Shown here: positions 1-15,295 of the stretch, in pieces
Numbering within the stretch: the first letter of the stretch is position 1
Layout: each line of letters starts with the position of its first letter
Assembly: GCA_964016885.1 (NCBI GenBank)
Contig: OZ024749.1
Coordinates: forward strand, 13,516,001-13,580,000
Source: Eledone cirrhosa
Lineage: Eukaryota
Direction of reading: 5' to 3'
DNA: 64,000 nucleotides
Translations under genes and position numbers: made by a program
The notes under the pieces: generated by a model
Database searches by the model: none
What the model was told of the DNA's origin: nothing
The model's input: the letters and a program-made list of their open reading frames with translations, nothing else

Positions 1-1046
<1,046 letters not shown>

Positions 1047-1076
1047 ATCTAAAATATTAAACAAATAATGAATAAA

Positions 1077-1276
1077 NNNNNNNNNNNNNNNNNNNNNNNN
1101 NNNNNNNNNNNNNNNNNNNNNNNNNNNNNNNNNNNNNNNNNNNNNNNNNNNNNNNNNNNNNNNNNNNNNNNNNNNNNNNNNNNNNNNNNNNNNNNNNNNN
1201 NNNNNNNNNNNNNNNNNNNNNNNNNNNNNNNNNNNNNNNNNNNNNNNNNNNNNNNNNNNNNNNNNNNNNNNNNNNN
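1077..1276. other. Assembly gap (200 N)
   Basis: Run of n. Confidence 1.
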
Positions 1277-1363
1277 ACACGTGGCTGTCATAGCGCACAC
1301 AGTGTCTCAAAAGCAGGGTTTTCTCTTTAGGGGCCAGAAATGTAGCTCTTAACAATTATTAAC

Positions 1364-1600
1364 CGTGGCCTAGTGGTAAGGGTGTTGGACTTTTGATCAT
1401 AGTGTCGTGGGTTCGAGAGTAAAACACTTCATTTCACGTTGCTCTTGTATACTCAGCTGAAGATGAGTAACACTGCGATGGACTGCCGTCCTATCCAGAA
1501 GGAAGTCTTGTAATCTCAGTCACTTCATGCCATGAAACCGGGATAAACACCGGCCTAACGAGCCTTAAATAGCTTAAGACAGACTTTAGACTTTAGACTA
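1364..1600 (+). mobile_element. Degenerate tRNA-derived SINE (V-SINE-like central domain)
   Basis: A-box-like GTGGCCTAGTGG, B-box-like GGTTCGAG, central CTGCGATGGACTGCCGTCCTATCCAG resembling the V domain, tail of ACTTTAG repeats. Confidence 0.55.
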
Positions 1601-1889
1601 TAAAGCGAAGGTGTTCTGATTCCATATGGACTACAGTGATATTGCTTATTCCTACACCCACAGATATCTTCAACCACATCTTTAGAAAAGTAATTCTACT
1701 AAATGGTACAAATAGTTCAACCGTTCGCCCATTTGTTGTCTCCCCTTACGAACCTCTTCTATCTCTAATAAAGTGGTCTCTACCTACCGGAGCTCTCTTT
1801 GTCTTGTAGCTACTGCTATATATTTCACTAGCACAGCTTATACATTTTGGTCACTGGTGAGATATAAGGACCACTAGTGAGATAGATGT

Positions 1890-2346
1890 GTCACTGCTGT
1901 TATATAGAGTGACCATTGCTTGGCGATAGTAACCGTATATAGAGTGACCCCTGTTTGGCCGTAGTGTCCGTATATAGAGTGACGACTGATTGGTGGTAGT
2001 GATCATATATAAAGTGACCAGTACTTGGCCGTAGTGACTGAATATAGAGTGATCACTGCTTGGAACTATTGGTCACTGTTGAGACATAGTGACCACATCT
2101 TAGACATAATGACCACTGTTGAAATATAGGGATTACAAATGAGATAAAGTGATCACTTGTGTGATATAGAGTGACCACTGTTTGGCCCTAGTGACGGTAT
2201 ATAGAGTGACCACTGTTTGGTCGTAGTGATGGTATATAGACGGTATATAGAGTGACCACTGCTTGGTCGTAATGACGGTATATAGAGTGACCACTGCTTG
2301 GTCGTAATGACGGTATATAGAGTGACCACTGCTTGGTCGTAGTGAC
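1890..2346. repeat. 35-bp minisatellite (CGGTATATAGAGTGACCACTGCTTGGTCGTAATGA)
   Basis: Units start at 2241, 2276 and 2311, with older diverged copies upstream; each unit holds a GACCA-n5-TGGTC hairpin. Confidence 0.85.
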
Positions 2347-2860
2347 CGACGCTGAGTTACAATAAACACAATTAGATCACCTTGATCAACGCGAAGACTA
2401 GGATTGACCGACGATAAGATGTTTAAAAAGCCACAGCATTGGGTCAGGCTGACCACAGGGATGTCTGCTGGCCAGTGACGGGTGTCACGGTCCATTTACT
2501 ATCAGGTATGAGGTACAGGTAGAGACAAAAGACAATAAAGGTGATGTAATTACATATAGTTCGTTCTCGCCGTCATCACCGATGTCAACGTTGTCACCAC
2601 GGCAACTTGAAACCGGAACTATACATACGAAACTCACATTCCTGTGACGTTTCACTCTTTATTGAATCAGTGTCAAGATATATGTTTACAATCGTGGCTG
2701 TGTGTGTAGGTGCGGGTGGAAGTGTGTGTGTATATACGTGCTTATGTAGGGGTGTGTGCGTGTTTCTGTGTGTATGTGTGTGCGTGTGTATGTGTGTTTC
2801 TGTGTGTGTATGCGTGTTTCTCTGTGTGTGTATGCGTGTTTCTCTGTGTGTGTGTGCGGG

Positions 2861-2917
<57 letters not shown>

Positions 2918-3432
2918 GTGTGTGTGTGTATGTGTGTGCGTGTTTCTGTGTGTGTATGCGTGTTTCTCTGTGTGTGTATGCGTGTTTCTGTGTGTGGGTA
3001 TGCGTGTTTCTCTCTGTGTGTATGCGTGTTTCTCTGTGTGTGTATGCGTGTTTCTCTGTGTGTGTATGTATATGTGTGAGTGTGTGTGTGTTTGTGAGGG
3101 TGTATATATGTATATGTGTGTGGGGTGTGTATATATATGTGTGTCTATGGCCGTATGGGCTCCGAAGATCCCACACTGCGACATCCTCGGAAAGTGGCCA
3201 GTCCCGTAGCTTTCTATATAACTTTGAAAAGGTAGAAACTCGGTGGAGAGGGTTTGCATGTCACTGCACGACCATCTAAAAGACCCCTTAAAGAATCGTT
3301 CAAACTACCAAGTCATACTCCATTGCCAGTGACGGCTGTAATCTTACCATTTTCCCATTCTCAGCTATATAATATACGATCTATCGATCTCTATAGCACT
3401 GTGGCTTCATTCTGATCGATAGAACATTAACA

Positions 3433-4165
3433 TCAGCAACAAAAACAACAACAACAACAACAACAGCAACACCAACAACAGCAACAACAAGAACAGTAGC
3501 AACAACAGAGAAGCAACAACAAGAGAAGCAACAACAATAACAGCAACAGCAACAGTAATGACAACAACAACAACAGTAACAACAGCAAAAGCAACAACAA
3601 CAGTAACAACAACAGCAACAACAACAGCAACAACAATAACAACAGCAACAACAACAGTAACATCAGTAATGAAGCAGTTATAACAGCAACAACAGCAACA
3701 ACAGCAATAACAACAACAACAGCAGCAACAACAACAGCAACAACAACAGCAACAACAACAGCAACAACAACAACAGCAACAACAACAGTAACATCAGTAA
3801 TGAAGCAGTTATAACAGCAACAACAGCAACAACAGCAATAACAACAACAACAACAACAGCAACAGCAACAACAACAGCAACAACAGCAACAACAACAGTA
3901 AGAGCAGCAATAATAGATATTTCCACAATATTTCTTGCAATATATATTTGAACAAGACACTACCCAATCTCCTGCCACAATGTCACTGCCCAGACCACCA
4001 CCACCACCACCACCACCACCACCATCACCACTACCACCACTACCACCACCACCACTACCACCTCCACCACGACCACCACTACCACCACCACCACCACCAC
4101 CACCATCACCACCACCACCAACAACAACAACTCCGCCACCACCACCATCACCACCACCACCATCG
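3433..4165. repeat. (CAA/CAG)n and (CAC)n trinucleotide tracts
   Basis: Direct reading; the ORFs here are homopolymeric. Confidence 0.95.
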
Positions 4166-4279
4166 TCTATATGATATTTCATATCTTTCTATAATAAATA
4201 TATCTGCAGTAAGTCTGCGATTTCATATTCTTAAGATATAAACTTATATGATTGGACATATGTGATAGAATATGATTTG

Positions 4280-4310
<31 letters not shown>

Positions 4311-4373
4311 CATATATACATATATATCTACATAAATATATAAATATATATATATACATATATATCTACATAA

Positions 4374-4474
<101 letters not shown>

Positions 4475-4545
4475 AACATATATACATATATATCTACATA
4501 AATATATATAATTATATATATATACATAGATATATACACATATGT

Positions 4546-4596
<51 letters not shown>

Positions 4597-4915
4597 TATA
4601 TAAATAGGTAGATAGATATATGTAAATATATATATTTATAAATAAATTAATATATATATATATATATAAATAATTCTACTTACATTATATGTACACATAC
4701 TCCCATATTACATAAATATGATTATGCATATACACGCATATGCCGCCCATTTCGAACAAACACCATATAAGCTAAACATTATTATATATCTATATACATA
4801 CATATATATATATGTGTATGTATGTGTGTGTATGTGTGTGTGTGTCTGTGTGATTGTACATGTATATGTATATATATATATAAATATATATATATACATA
4901 CATACATATACTGTG

Positions 4916-4985
<70 letters not shown>

Positions 4986-5014
4986 CATATATATATACAC
5001 ATATATATATACAC

Positions 5015-5102
<88 letters not shown>

Positions 5103-5191
5103 CTATAAATACACGTATACTTACTTAAATATATGTTTGTATATGTACATGTATATGTACATGTATATATATATATGTGAATAAATATATA

Positions 5192-5252
<61 letters not shown>

Positions 5253-5409
5253 GCGGCGGGAGAGAGAAGGTGGGGAGTATTTATGTTGTCATTAAAATTC
5301 TGCTAATCTATTAACAGTTATATTATATTACTCTAGCCATTGTCAGTCTTATTGTCTGTGTGCCCTTGTTATTGTCTGGAGTTTACACACACACGTATAC
5401 ATACATACA

Positions 5410-5443
<34 letters not shown>

Positions 5444-5445
5444 CA

Positions 5446-5476
<31 letters not shown>

Positions 5477-5562
5477 TATTGAGATGAGCGGAACAAGTAA
5501 AATTCAAACAATCTTTCAAAATAAATTCAAAAAATATAATTTAAATATTTACCTATCCATAT

Positions 5563-5643
5563 TGCTTTTACCGACGGTTTCGCCTCACAAAAGATTGGAA
5601 ATCCGAGAGACTGCCAATGGAAAGTTGGGCTCTTCAGAAAGCA
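5563..5643 (-). ncRNA. Type I hammerhead ribozyme (family A)
   Basis: Minus strand: tgcttt CTGAAGA gcc...ggc GAAAC cgtc GGTA aaagca; 6-bp stem I, GCC/GGC base of stem II, GUA cleavage triplet. Confidence 0.85.
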
Positions 5644-6009
5644 TTTTCCCTTACATAGGACATAAAGTCCCACAGCCGGCAAATATATTGCCTTCAGCCA
5701 GCTAGTGCAGGATCGAATGGGGCCGTAAACGTTAGTAGAAGCGGGAGTAGCAGAGACGTATTGTCTGCCACACCACTAAAAATAGCAGCTAGGTAAACAA
5801 CGGATTTTTTCTCTACACATGGGAGAATTTGCATAAAATAAGATCAATATCCCCACAGGCGCTAAGTACCCTCGGAAATATATAGGGTGTCTATGATAGT
5901 TGTTGTTCAATGGTATTAATTTGACATACCATTTTGCGTGATCAATTACATTTACACGATGTGTAAATATTATTTGTGTTTGGATAAAACTTTTAAATCA
6001 AGTTTCCTC

Positions 6010-6800
6010 GAGAGACTTTTGTATCATGTAGTGTCAATTATATTATATAGTGTCAATTGTATTATGTAGAGTGTATTGTGTTATGTAGAGAGCATTGTAT
6101 TTTGTAGAGTGTATTGAGTTATGTAGAGTGTGTTGTGTTATAGTGTGTATTACATTATGTAGAGTGTATTGTGTTATGTAGAGTGTATTGTGTTATATAA
6201 TGTCCATTGTATTATGTAGAGTCTATTGTGTTATGTAGAGTCTATTGTGTTATGTAGAGTGTATTGTATTATGTAGAGTATATTGTGTTATGTAGTGTAT
6301 CGTATTATGTAGAGTATATTGTATTATGTAGAGTCTATTGTGTTATGTAGAGTGTATTTCATTCTCTAGTGTCTATTGTGTTATGTAGAGTGTATTTTGT
6401 TATGCAGAGTGTATTGTGTTATGTAGACGCTATTGTGTTATGTAGAGTGTATTGTGTTATGTAGAGTGTATTGTGTTATGTAGAGTCTATTGTGTTATGT
6501 AGAGTCTATTGTATTATGTAGAGTGTATTGAATAATGTAGAGTGCATTGTGTTGTGTAGAGTGCATTGTGTTATGTAGAGTGTATTGTGTTATGTAGAGT
6601 GTATTGTGTTATGTAGAGTGTATTGTGTTATGGAGAGTATATTGTGTTATGTAGAGTTTATTGTGTTATGCAGAGTCTATTGTATTATGTACAGTCCATT
6701 GTATTATGTACAGTCCATTGTGTTATGTAGAGTGTATTGTTTTATGTAGAGTGTATAGTGTTATGTAGAGTGTATTGTGTTATGTAGAGAATGTTATATT
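6010..6800. repeat. 19-bp minisatellite (GTAGAGTGTATTGTGTTAT)
   Basis: Tandem diverged units read directly. Confidence 0.92.
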
Positions 6801-7218
6801 TAGTACACTCTGTTGCTATACGTATTCTATAACCATATTATATAGTATATAATAATATATAAATTATATAGTGCTATGTAGAGTATATTGTGTTCTGTAA
6901 AGGTTATTGTTTTTGTACACTCTATAGTATTTTATAGAATTATTGTATTACATACAATATTCTGTGTTATATACCCTATATTGTAATCTACGGATATATT
7001 CTATACTGTATACAATACAATAAATGGAATATTTCGTATTTTATATAGTATATTCTATTGTGTAGATAATTAGAAGGGGCACTAAGACAGTGTGGTTCAT
7101 TATAAGGGTGGATATGGAAGCATATACGATATGTTTATGTATCATAAACATACGAGAGTCTCGTTATGAATGTTTTCTAAGTATGTGATCATGTCACAAC
7201 TAACTCAGTAGCAATGAT

Positions 7219-7265
7219 AATACCAGACAGGTGTTTCTGGGTTCTTATCCGTCATCAGTGACATT
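7219..7265 (-). ncRNA. Type I hammerhead ribozyme inside a ~313-nt terminally redundant element (about 7066-7441)
   Basis: Minus strand: aatgtca CTGATGA cggataagaaccca GAAAC acct GTC tggtatt; stem I has two GU pairs; a partial inverted copy lies at about 7456-7486. Confidence 0.7.
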
Positions 7266-7482
7266 TACTCATTCAATAGGGAAACAAGACTTGCCTAAAT
7301 CCTGAGGGTTTTATCCGCATGAAACATTGACTGGGGGTGTACATTTGCATATAGTGCGAAGTTAGCTGGTTAAAGGGAGGTAATTAGAAGTGGCACTAAC
7401 GTAGTGTCGCCCCTCATAAGGCTGTATATGGAAGTATATACATGAAAGATTACATCGATGACGGATAAACATCCAGAAATAA

Positions 7483-7645
7483 TTGTTGTTGTTACTGTTG
7501 TTGATGTTGTTGTTACTGTTGTTGTTGATGTTGTTGTTACTGTTGCTGTTTTTGTTGTTGTTACTGTTGTTGATGACGTTGTTGATGTTATTGATGTTGT
7601 TGTTGTTGATGTTGTTGCTACTGTTGTTACTGGTGTTGTTGTTAC

Positions 7646-7682
<37 letters not shown>

Positions 7683-8545
7683 ACTGTTGTTACTGTTGTT
7701 GTTGGTGTTGTTGTTACTGTTGTTGTTACTGTTGTTGTTGTTGTTGTTGTTACTGTTGTTACTGTTGTTGTTGGTGTTGTTGTTACTGTTGTTGTTGTTG
7801 CTGTTGTTGTTACTGTTGATGATGTTGTTACTGTTGTTGTTACTGTTGTTGATGTTGTTGTTACTGTTGTTGTTGTTACTGTTGTTGTTGTTGTTGTTGT
7901 TACTGTTGTTGTTGTTGTTGTTACTGTTGTTGTTGCTGTTGTTGTTACTGTTAATGATGTTGTTACTGTTGTTGATGTTGTTACTGTTGTTGTTGTTGTT
8001 GTTACTGTTGTTGTTGTTGTTGTTGTTACTGTTTTGTTGTTGTTACTGTTGTTGTTGCTGTTGTTGTTACTGTTGTTGTTGTTGTTGTTACTGTTGTTGT
8101 TGCTGTTGTTGTTACTGTTGATGATGTTGTTACTGTTGTTGATGTTGTTACTGTTGTTGTTGTTGTTGTTTTTACTGTTGTTGTTGTTGTTGTTACTGTT
8201 GTTGTTGTTACTGTTGTTGTTGTTGTTACTGTTGTTGTTGCTGTTGTTGTTACTGTTGATGATGTTGTTACTGTTGCTGATGTTGTTGTTACTGTTGTTG
8301 TTACTGTTGATGTTGCTGTTGTTGTTGATGTTGTTGATGTTGATGTTACTGTTGTTGTTGTTACTGTTATTGATGTTGTTACTGTTGTTGTTGTTGTTGT
8401 TACTGTTATTGATGTTGTTACTGTTGTTGTTACTGTTGTTGTTGTTGTTACTGTTGTTACTACTGTTGTTACTGTTGTTGTTACTGTTGTTGCTATTGAG
8501 GATATTGCTACTGCTGTAATTGTTGTTGTTGTAGTTGTTGCAGTT
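7483..8545. repeat. (GTT)n-derived low-complexity tract
   Basis: Direct reading. Confidence 0.95.
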
Positions 8546-8787
8546 ACTTTGGCGGTTGAAATCACTGAACTATGATCACCTCTCCTCACTGTCTGTGTTT
8601 GGTCAGATTTGGTTCAAATGACTAAACACACGCACTCACGGATACACACATACACACATACACGCACACACATACATACACATACACACTCATACACACA
8701 TATACATACACATACAGAAACATACAGACACATACAGACACACACACTCATATACAGACACTCATACACATAATACACACACTCTCT

Positions 8788-8888
<101 letters not shown>

Positions 8889-9145
8889 ATGCCGTAGCAT
8901 TTATAACTTCCAAACATTGATCGAATAAACTTTTAATACTAGTAGAAGTATATTTTCTAAGAAAAGTAGTAGTAACTTCGAGGTCACTATACAGCTGTAG
9001 TAGTGTTTAACCACCATCATACCTCCATACCACTATACCACTAACCCCTTATACCACCATACCACTAAGTCAGTATACCACTATAGCATATACCACTCTT
9101 CCACCATACCAGTATACCTCTCTACTAGTGTAACAACGTTTAATT

Positions 9146-11078
9146 GCCACCATACCACTCTACCACTACTCAACCATACCACCATATCATTGTACCACCA
9201 TACCACTCTACTACTACTCAACCATACCACCATATCATTGTACCACCATACCACTCTACTACTACTCAACCATACCACCATATCATTGTACCACCATACC
9301 ACTCTACCACTACTCAACCATACCGCCATATCATTGTACCACCATACCACTCTACCACTACTCAACCATACCACCACATCATTGTACCACCATACCACTC
9401 TACCACTAATCAACCATACCACCATATCATTGTACCACCATACCACTCTACCACTACTCAACCATACCACCATATCATTGTACCACCATACCACTCTACC
9501 ACTACTCAACCATACCACCATATCATTGTACCACCATACCACTCTACTACTACTCAACCATACCACCATATCATTGTACCACCATACCACTCTACCACTA
9601 CTCAACCATACCACCATATCATTGTACCACCATACCACTCTACCACTACTCAACCATACCACCATATCATTGTACCACCATACCACTCTACTACTACTCA
9701 ACCATACCACCACATCATTGTACCACCATACCACTCTACCACTACTCAACCATACCGCCATATCATTGTACCACCATACCACTCGACTACTACTCAACCA
9801 TACCACCACATCATTGTACCACCATACCACTCTACCACTACTCAACCATACCACCATATCATTGTACCACCATACCACTCTACTACTACTCAACCATACC
9901 ACCACATCATTGTACCACCATACCACTCTACCACTACTCAACCATACCACCATATCATTGTACCACCATACCACTCTACTACTACTCAACCATACCACCA
10001 CATCATTGTACCACCATACCACTCTACCACTACTCAACCATACCACCATATCATTGTACCACCATACCACTCTACCACTACTCAACCATACCACCATATC
10101 ATTGTACCACCATACCACTCTACCACTACTCAACCATACCACCATATCATTGTACCACCATACCACTCTACTACTACTCAACCATACCACCATATCATTG
10201 TACCACCATACCACTCTACCACTACTCAACCATACCACCATATCATTGTACCACCATACCACTCTACCACTACTCAACCATACCACCACATCATTGTACC
10301 ACCATACCACTCTACCACTAATCAACCATACCACCATATCATTGTACCACCATACCACTCTACCACTACTCAACCATACCACCATATCATTGTACCACCA
10401 TACCACTCTACCACTACTCAACCATACCACCATATCATTGTACCACCATACCACTCTACTACTACTCAACCATACCACCATATCATTGTACCACCATACC
10501 ACTCTACCACTACTCAACCATACCACCATATCATTGTACCACCATACCACTCTACCACTACTCAACCATACCACCATATCATTGTACCACCATACCACTC
10601 TACTACTACTCAACCATACCACCACATCATTGTACCACCATACCACTCTACCACTACTCAACCATACCGCCATATCATTGTACCACCATACCACTCGACT
10701 ACTACTCAACCATACCACCACATCATTGTACCACCATACCACTCTACCACTACTCAACCATACCACCATATCATTGTACCACCATACCACTCTACTACTA
10801 CTCAACCATACCACCACATCATTGTACCACCATACCACTCTACCACTACTCAACCATACCACCATATCATTGTACCACCATACCACTCTACTACTACTCA
10901 ACCATACCACCACATCATTGTACCACCATACCACTCTACCACTACTCAACCATACCACCATATCATTGTACCACCATACCACTCTACCACTACTCAACCA
11001 TACCACCATATCATTGTACCACCATACCACTCTACCACTACTCAACCATACCACCATATCATTGTACCACCATACCAC
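9146..11078. repeat. 48-bp minisatellite (about 40 units) with a 912-bp higher-order duplication
   Basis: Unit TGTACCACCATACCACTCTACCACTACTCAACCATACCACCATATCAT; rare variants recur exactly 912 bp apart. Confidence 0.95.
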
Positions 11079-11179
11079 AATATCATTATAGCACTATACA
11101 ACCGATCCACCATACCACCATACCACTACACCACCACACCACCACACCACTATGCCATCACACCACCATACCGCCACAC

Positions 11180-11772
11180 CACCATACCACTGTAGTAGTG
11201 TACCACCATACTACCACACCACCATACCACCACACCACCAATCATACCACTGTAGCAGTGTAGCACCACACCACTACACCACCACACCACCTCACCACTA
11301 TACCATCACACCACCACACCACCACACCACCACACCACCATACCACCATACCACCACACCATCACACCACCATACCACCACACCACCATACCACTGTAGC
11401 AGTGTAGCACCATACCACCATACCACTGTAGCAGTGTAGCACCCCACCACCATACCACTGTAGCAGTGTAGCACCACACCACCATACCACTGTAGCAGCA
11501 CCCCACCACCATACCACCCCCATACCACCATACCACTGTAGCAGCACCCCACCACCATACCACCCCCATACCACCATACCACTGTAGCAGCACCCCACCA
11601 CCATACCACCCCCCATACCACCATACCACTGTAGCAGCACCCCACCACCATACCACCCCCCATACCACCATACCACTGTAGCAGCACCCCACCACCATAC
11701 CACCCCCATACCACCATACCACTGTAGCAGCACCCCACCACCATACCACCCCCCATACCACCATACCACTGT
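11180..11772. repeat. 40/41-bp CACCAT-rich minisatellite related to the adjacent 48-mer
   Basis: Unit CCACTGTAGCAGCACCCCACCACCATACCACCCCCATACCACCATA-like. Confidence 0.8.
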
Positions 11773-12069
11773 ATAACAATGTTTAACAAGCACCATTGGT
11801 GACTATCAATCTCTCCGACTGAGATCTTCTATCAGACAGCTGTGAACCTATATCTGACCTTTCTGCTCTACTGTCTACATAGCACGTCACTCAATTAACT
11901 ACACTTCTACACACGCACACACACATAGACAGATATAGTGACATACACACACACATACACATACACACACTCAGACACACACACACACACACTCAGACAC
12001 ACACACACACACATACACACACTCACTCAGAAACACAGATACACTGGCACACACACATACACACACACG

Positions 12070-12103
<34 letters not shown>

Positions 12104-12133
12104 AATATATATACATATATATATTTATATATA

Positions 12134-12166
<33 letters not shown>

Positions 12167-12185
12167 GTGTGTGTATGTGTGTGTG

Positions 12186-12257
<72 letters not shown>

Positions 12258-12270
12258 TGCAGATACATAA

Positions 12271-12301
<31 letters not shown>

Positions 12302-13235
12302 CACGCACAAATACAGAGGCACTTGTATATAAATGACTATGTGTACTTATGGATGTATGTATATAGATATATATATGTATACATACATACATACATCCAT
12401 AAGTATATATATATATTTAGAAACATACACACACACACATATATATATATATGTGTGTGTGTGTGTTTGTTTGTGTGTGTATGTATATGTATGTGTGTGT
12501 GGGTCTGTGAGTGTTTGTATGTGTGCATTTGTGTTTGTATGTATATGTATGTGTGTGTGGGGGGGGTCTGTGAGTGTGTGTATGTGTGTATTTGTGTCTG
12601 TATGTATATGTATATGTATGTATGTATGTGTGGGGGGAGGTATGTGAGTGTGTGGGTGTGTCTATTTGTGTTTGTATGTATATGTATGTATCTGTGTGTG
12701 GGGGGGGGTCTGTGAGTGTGTGTATGTGTGTATTTGTGTCTGTATGTATATGTATATGTATGTATGTGTGTGTGTGAGGGGGGGGGAGTATGTGAGTGTG
12801 TGGGTGTGTGGGTTTGTGTGTGGGTGTGTTGATTGAAACAGGAGGAAGACGAGAGAGAGACTGAAAGAGAGAAGCAAAGTTCTGCTACTCTGCCTGTCTC
12901 TACCTACAACAATAATTCAGTCTTATCTATAGACACGGTTCTACTAGTTCCTTTCGTCTCACGTGACACAGAGAAAGACCTTTCATGAACGATGAACTTA
13001 TTTCATTGGGTAATTAACTAAAACAGACCAACAGTACAAACTATTCTGACACCAAGTCATACTCGACACGAGTACTTCGTCCCGGGGCCCAAGAGCTAAG
13101 AAGACCCCACAGAAACCATGCAACATCCATTTTGAGAAAAGTCTGTGCCTGCTTCGGGCCCAAAAGGGAACTTGTATTTCCTTGGAAAATGTTTCTGTTT
13201 ACACCATAACTAATACGATCCATACATTTATATAT

Positions 13236-13615
13236 TAATAATTGTTTCTACTTTTGGCACAAGACCCGCAATTACACAGTGCATTACTGGTACTTTATTT
13301 TATCGACCCCGTAAGGATGAAAGGCAAAGTTAACCTCGGCGGGATTTGAACTTAGAATGGCAAGGGCCGTAACTCTATACGTCAAACCATGCCGTCCGAC
13401 CGATACTGCCAATCCATCGCATTTATATATTAATAATTGTTTCTACTTTAGGTACAAGGCCAGCAATTACCCAGTGCATTACTGGTACTTTATTTTATCG
13501 ACCCCGTAAGGATGAAAGGCAAAGTCAACCTCGGCGGGATTTGAACTCAGATCGTAAAGGGACGTAACTATGCTGGAAAGCATGGCGTCAAACCCTCTAC
13601 CGATACTGATATTAA
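13236..13615 (-). mobile_element. Two tandem copies of a tRNA-derived SINE (Nin-domain-like)
   Basis: Match to the + strand copies: TGGCAGTATCGG (A box), GAGTTCAAATCC (B box), GCCTTTCATCCTTACGGGGTCGATAAAATAAAGTACCAG core, AGTAGAAACAATT end. Confidence 0.85.
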
Positions 13616-13896
13616 TAATAATAGTTATTTTTAACTATAATATATATGTTTTCTTATATTCTTCCCTTAAATTTCTTACACCCTAATATTAACCTCTCTC
13701 TCTTCTTCCCTTAAAAAAAAAACACTAACAATTATTTAAATTTACCTAGCGTCTAAATATAATGATCTTTTTCAACTTTACGTTACCCACATTAACATAT
13801 TCATCCTAAGATTTGAATTTCTTTCACTATTGAAACAGAACTTAAAACGATAAGTTCTTGTTCTTGAATATGTCACTATCTATAAAACAACTTTTG

Positions 13897-13960
13897 TATT
13901 TTATCTGATGAGAGCGTACCAAAAAAATGTTGGTACGCTTGAAATATATATAGTAAAATA
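13897..13960 (+). ncRNA. Type I hammerhead ribozyme (family B) in element about 13620-14095
   Basis: tattttat CTGATGA gagcgtacca...tggtacgctt GAAAT atat ATA gtaaaata; long perfect stem II, 8-bp stem I. Confidence 0.85.
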
Positions 13961-14091
13961 AATATGGTTTTATAAAGATAGTTTCCATTTATTAATATTA
14001 TTGATATTATACTCCAGAAGAAAACTGTAGAGTGCTTCTAATCTGTTATAAATAAATTTGTTGAATAAGCAACAAATTAAATAACTCTTTG

Positions 14092-14147
<56 letters not shown>

Positions 14148-14497
14148 TTAGAAACACACAGATACATGCGGACACACACATATACATGAATGCATCCACA
14201 CCCAACCGTGAGTTAAGGGTGCCAACCTCACCGATGTTGCTCAATGAATGACTGGGACAGACCAATCCGGTTGAACCAGACTGAACCAGTATCAGAGTTA
14301 AAAATACATTATGAAGAGATAATAAATACCCCCTCCGATATAAATACCCCCTCCGCCTCCGTGGTATTTTCTTCGGGGTTATAAGAGGCTTAGCTCTGTT
14401 TCTCAACCGTTATATCGCGTGACTATCTCCCCCTCCGCCTTTTGGGATTCTTTCTCACGTCGTGTAGACGCGTTCTTGAGGCTAGTAAAATGAGGTA

Positions 14498-14587
14498 TCC
14501 TCTTGATAAGTCGGCAGACCTCGCAAGGACTCTATATCTTTATGATGTATTGTTTTTGTTTATGCCACGAAACTACGTAGTCGAGGA
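14498..14587 (+). ncRNA. Hammerhead ribozyme with U3-A8 variant core (family C), element about 14145-14656
   Basis: tcctc TTGATAA gtcggca...tgccac GAAAC tacgta GTC gagga; stems I-III pair; identical copy at 31819. Confidence 0.8.
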
Positions 14588-14653
14588 ATCTAGGAGCAGT
14601 TTAGGTATGATACATTTTATTACTAATTATATCTAAATGTTCCTTCTCTCGTC

Positions 14654-14725
<72 letters not shown>

Positions 14726-14924
14726 GAGTGACTGAAAAGTAACAGGACTTAGTGTGCTGTGTGAGCTATGAGTGGGGTAGGGATTAGCGGGTTGCGTCAC
14801 CGTATGACGTAACATCCGGGGAGTACATCACTGCGATCTCAGCTCTCTGCAGCCATTGTATGTTTTTTGGGTGTGCTTTTGTTAAGAGTTACTCAACTTT
14901 TTGGTCGTCGAGCGATGATCACAG

Positions 14925-15295
14925 AACCTCGGTGAGATTTGAACTCAGAATGTAAAGGGCCGTAACTATATGCGGCTAAACAGTCCGACGCCCTACCGAT
15001 ACTGCCAATCACCTGCCATCATGATAATGGTATCTGATTCAAGCACAAAGCTGACAGTTTGGGGAGAGAGGAAAGTCGACCCCAATACGTTACTGGTACT
15101 GTATTTTATAGATCCCCGTAAGGGTAAAAGGCAAATCGACCCCAGTACGTTACTGGTAATTTATTCTATCGACCCTCGAAAGAAAGAAAGGCAAACCTAA
15201 CCTCGGCAGGATTTGAACTCAGAACGTAAAGGGGTGTATCTATATGCTGCAAAACATGTCCGATGCTCTACCAATTCTACTGCTAATCCACCTCA
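14925..15295 (-). mobile_element. tRNA-SINE fragments, same family as 13236
   Basis: GATTTGAACTCAG and CGACCCC...TACTGGTA motifs. Confidence 0.75.

Noticed and set aside
2350-3360. Unique GC-richer stretches as exons (also 13041-13223 and 36935-37030)
   Set aside because: No recognisable protein and no consistent splice sites or frames; ACCAAGTCATACTC shared by 3308 and 13051 hints at a repeat
9081-11195. Three long ORFs (633-683 aa)
   Set aside because: Translations of a 48-bp minisatellite, open on both strands, with no unique coding flank
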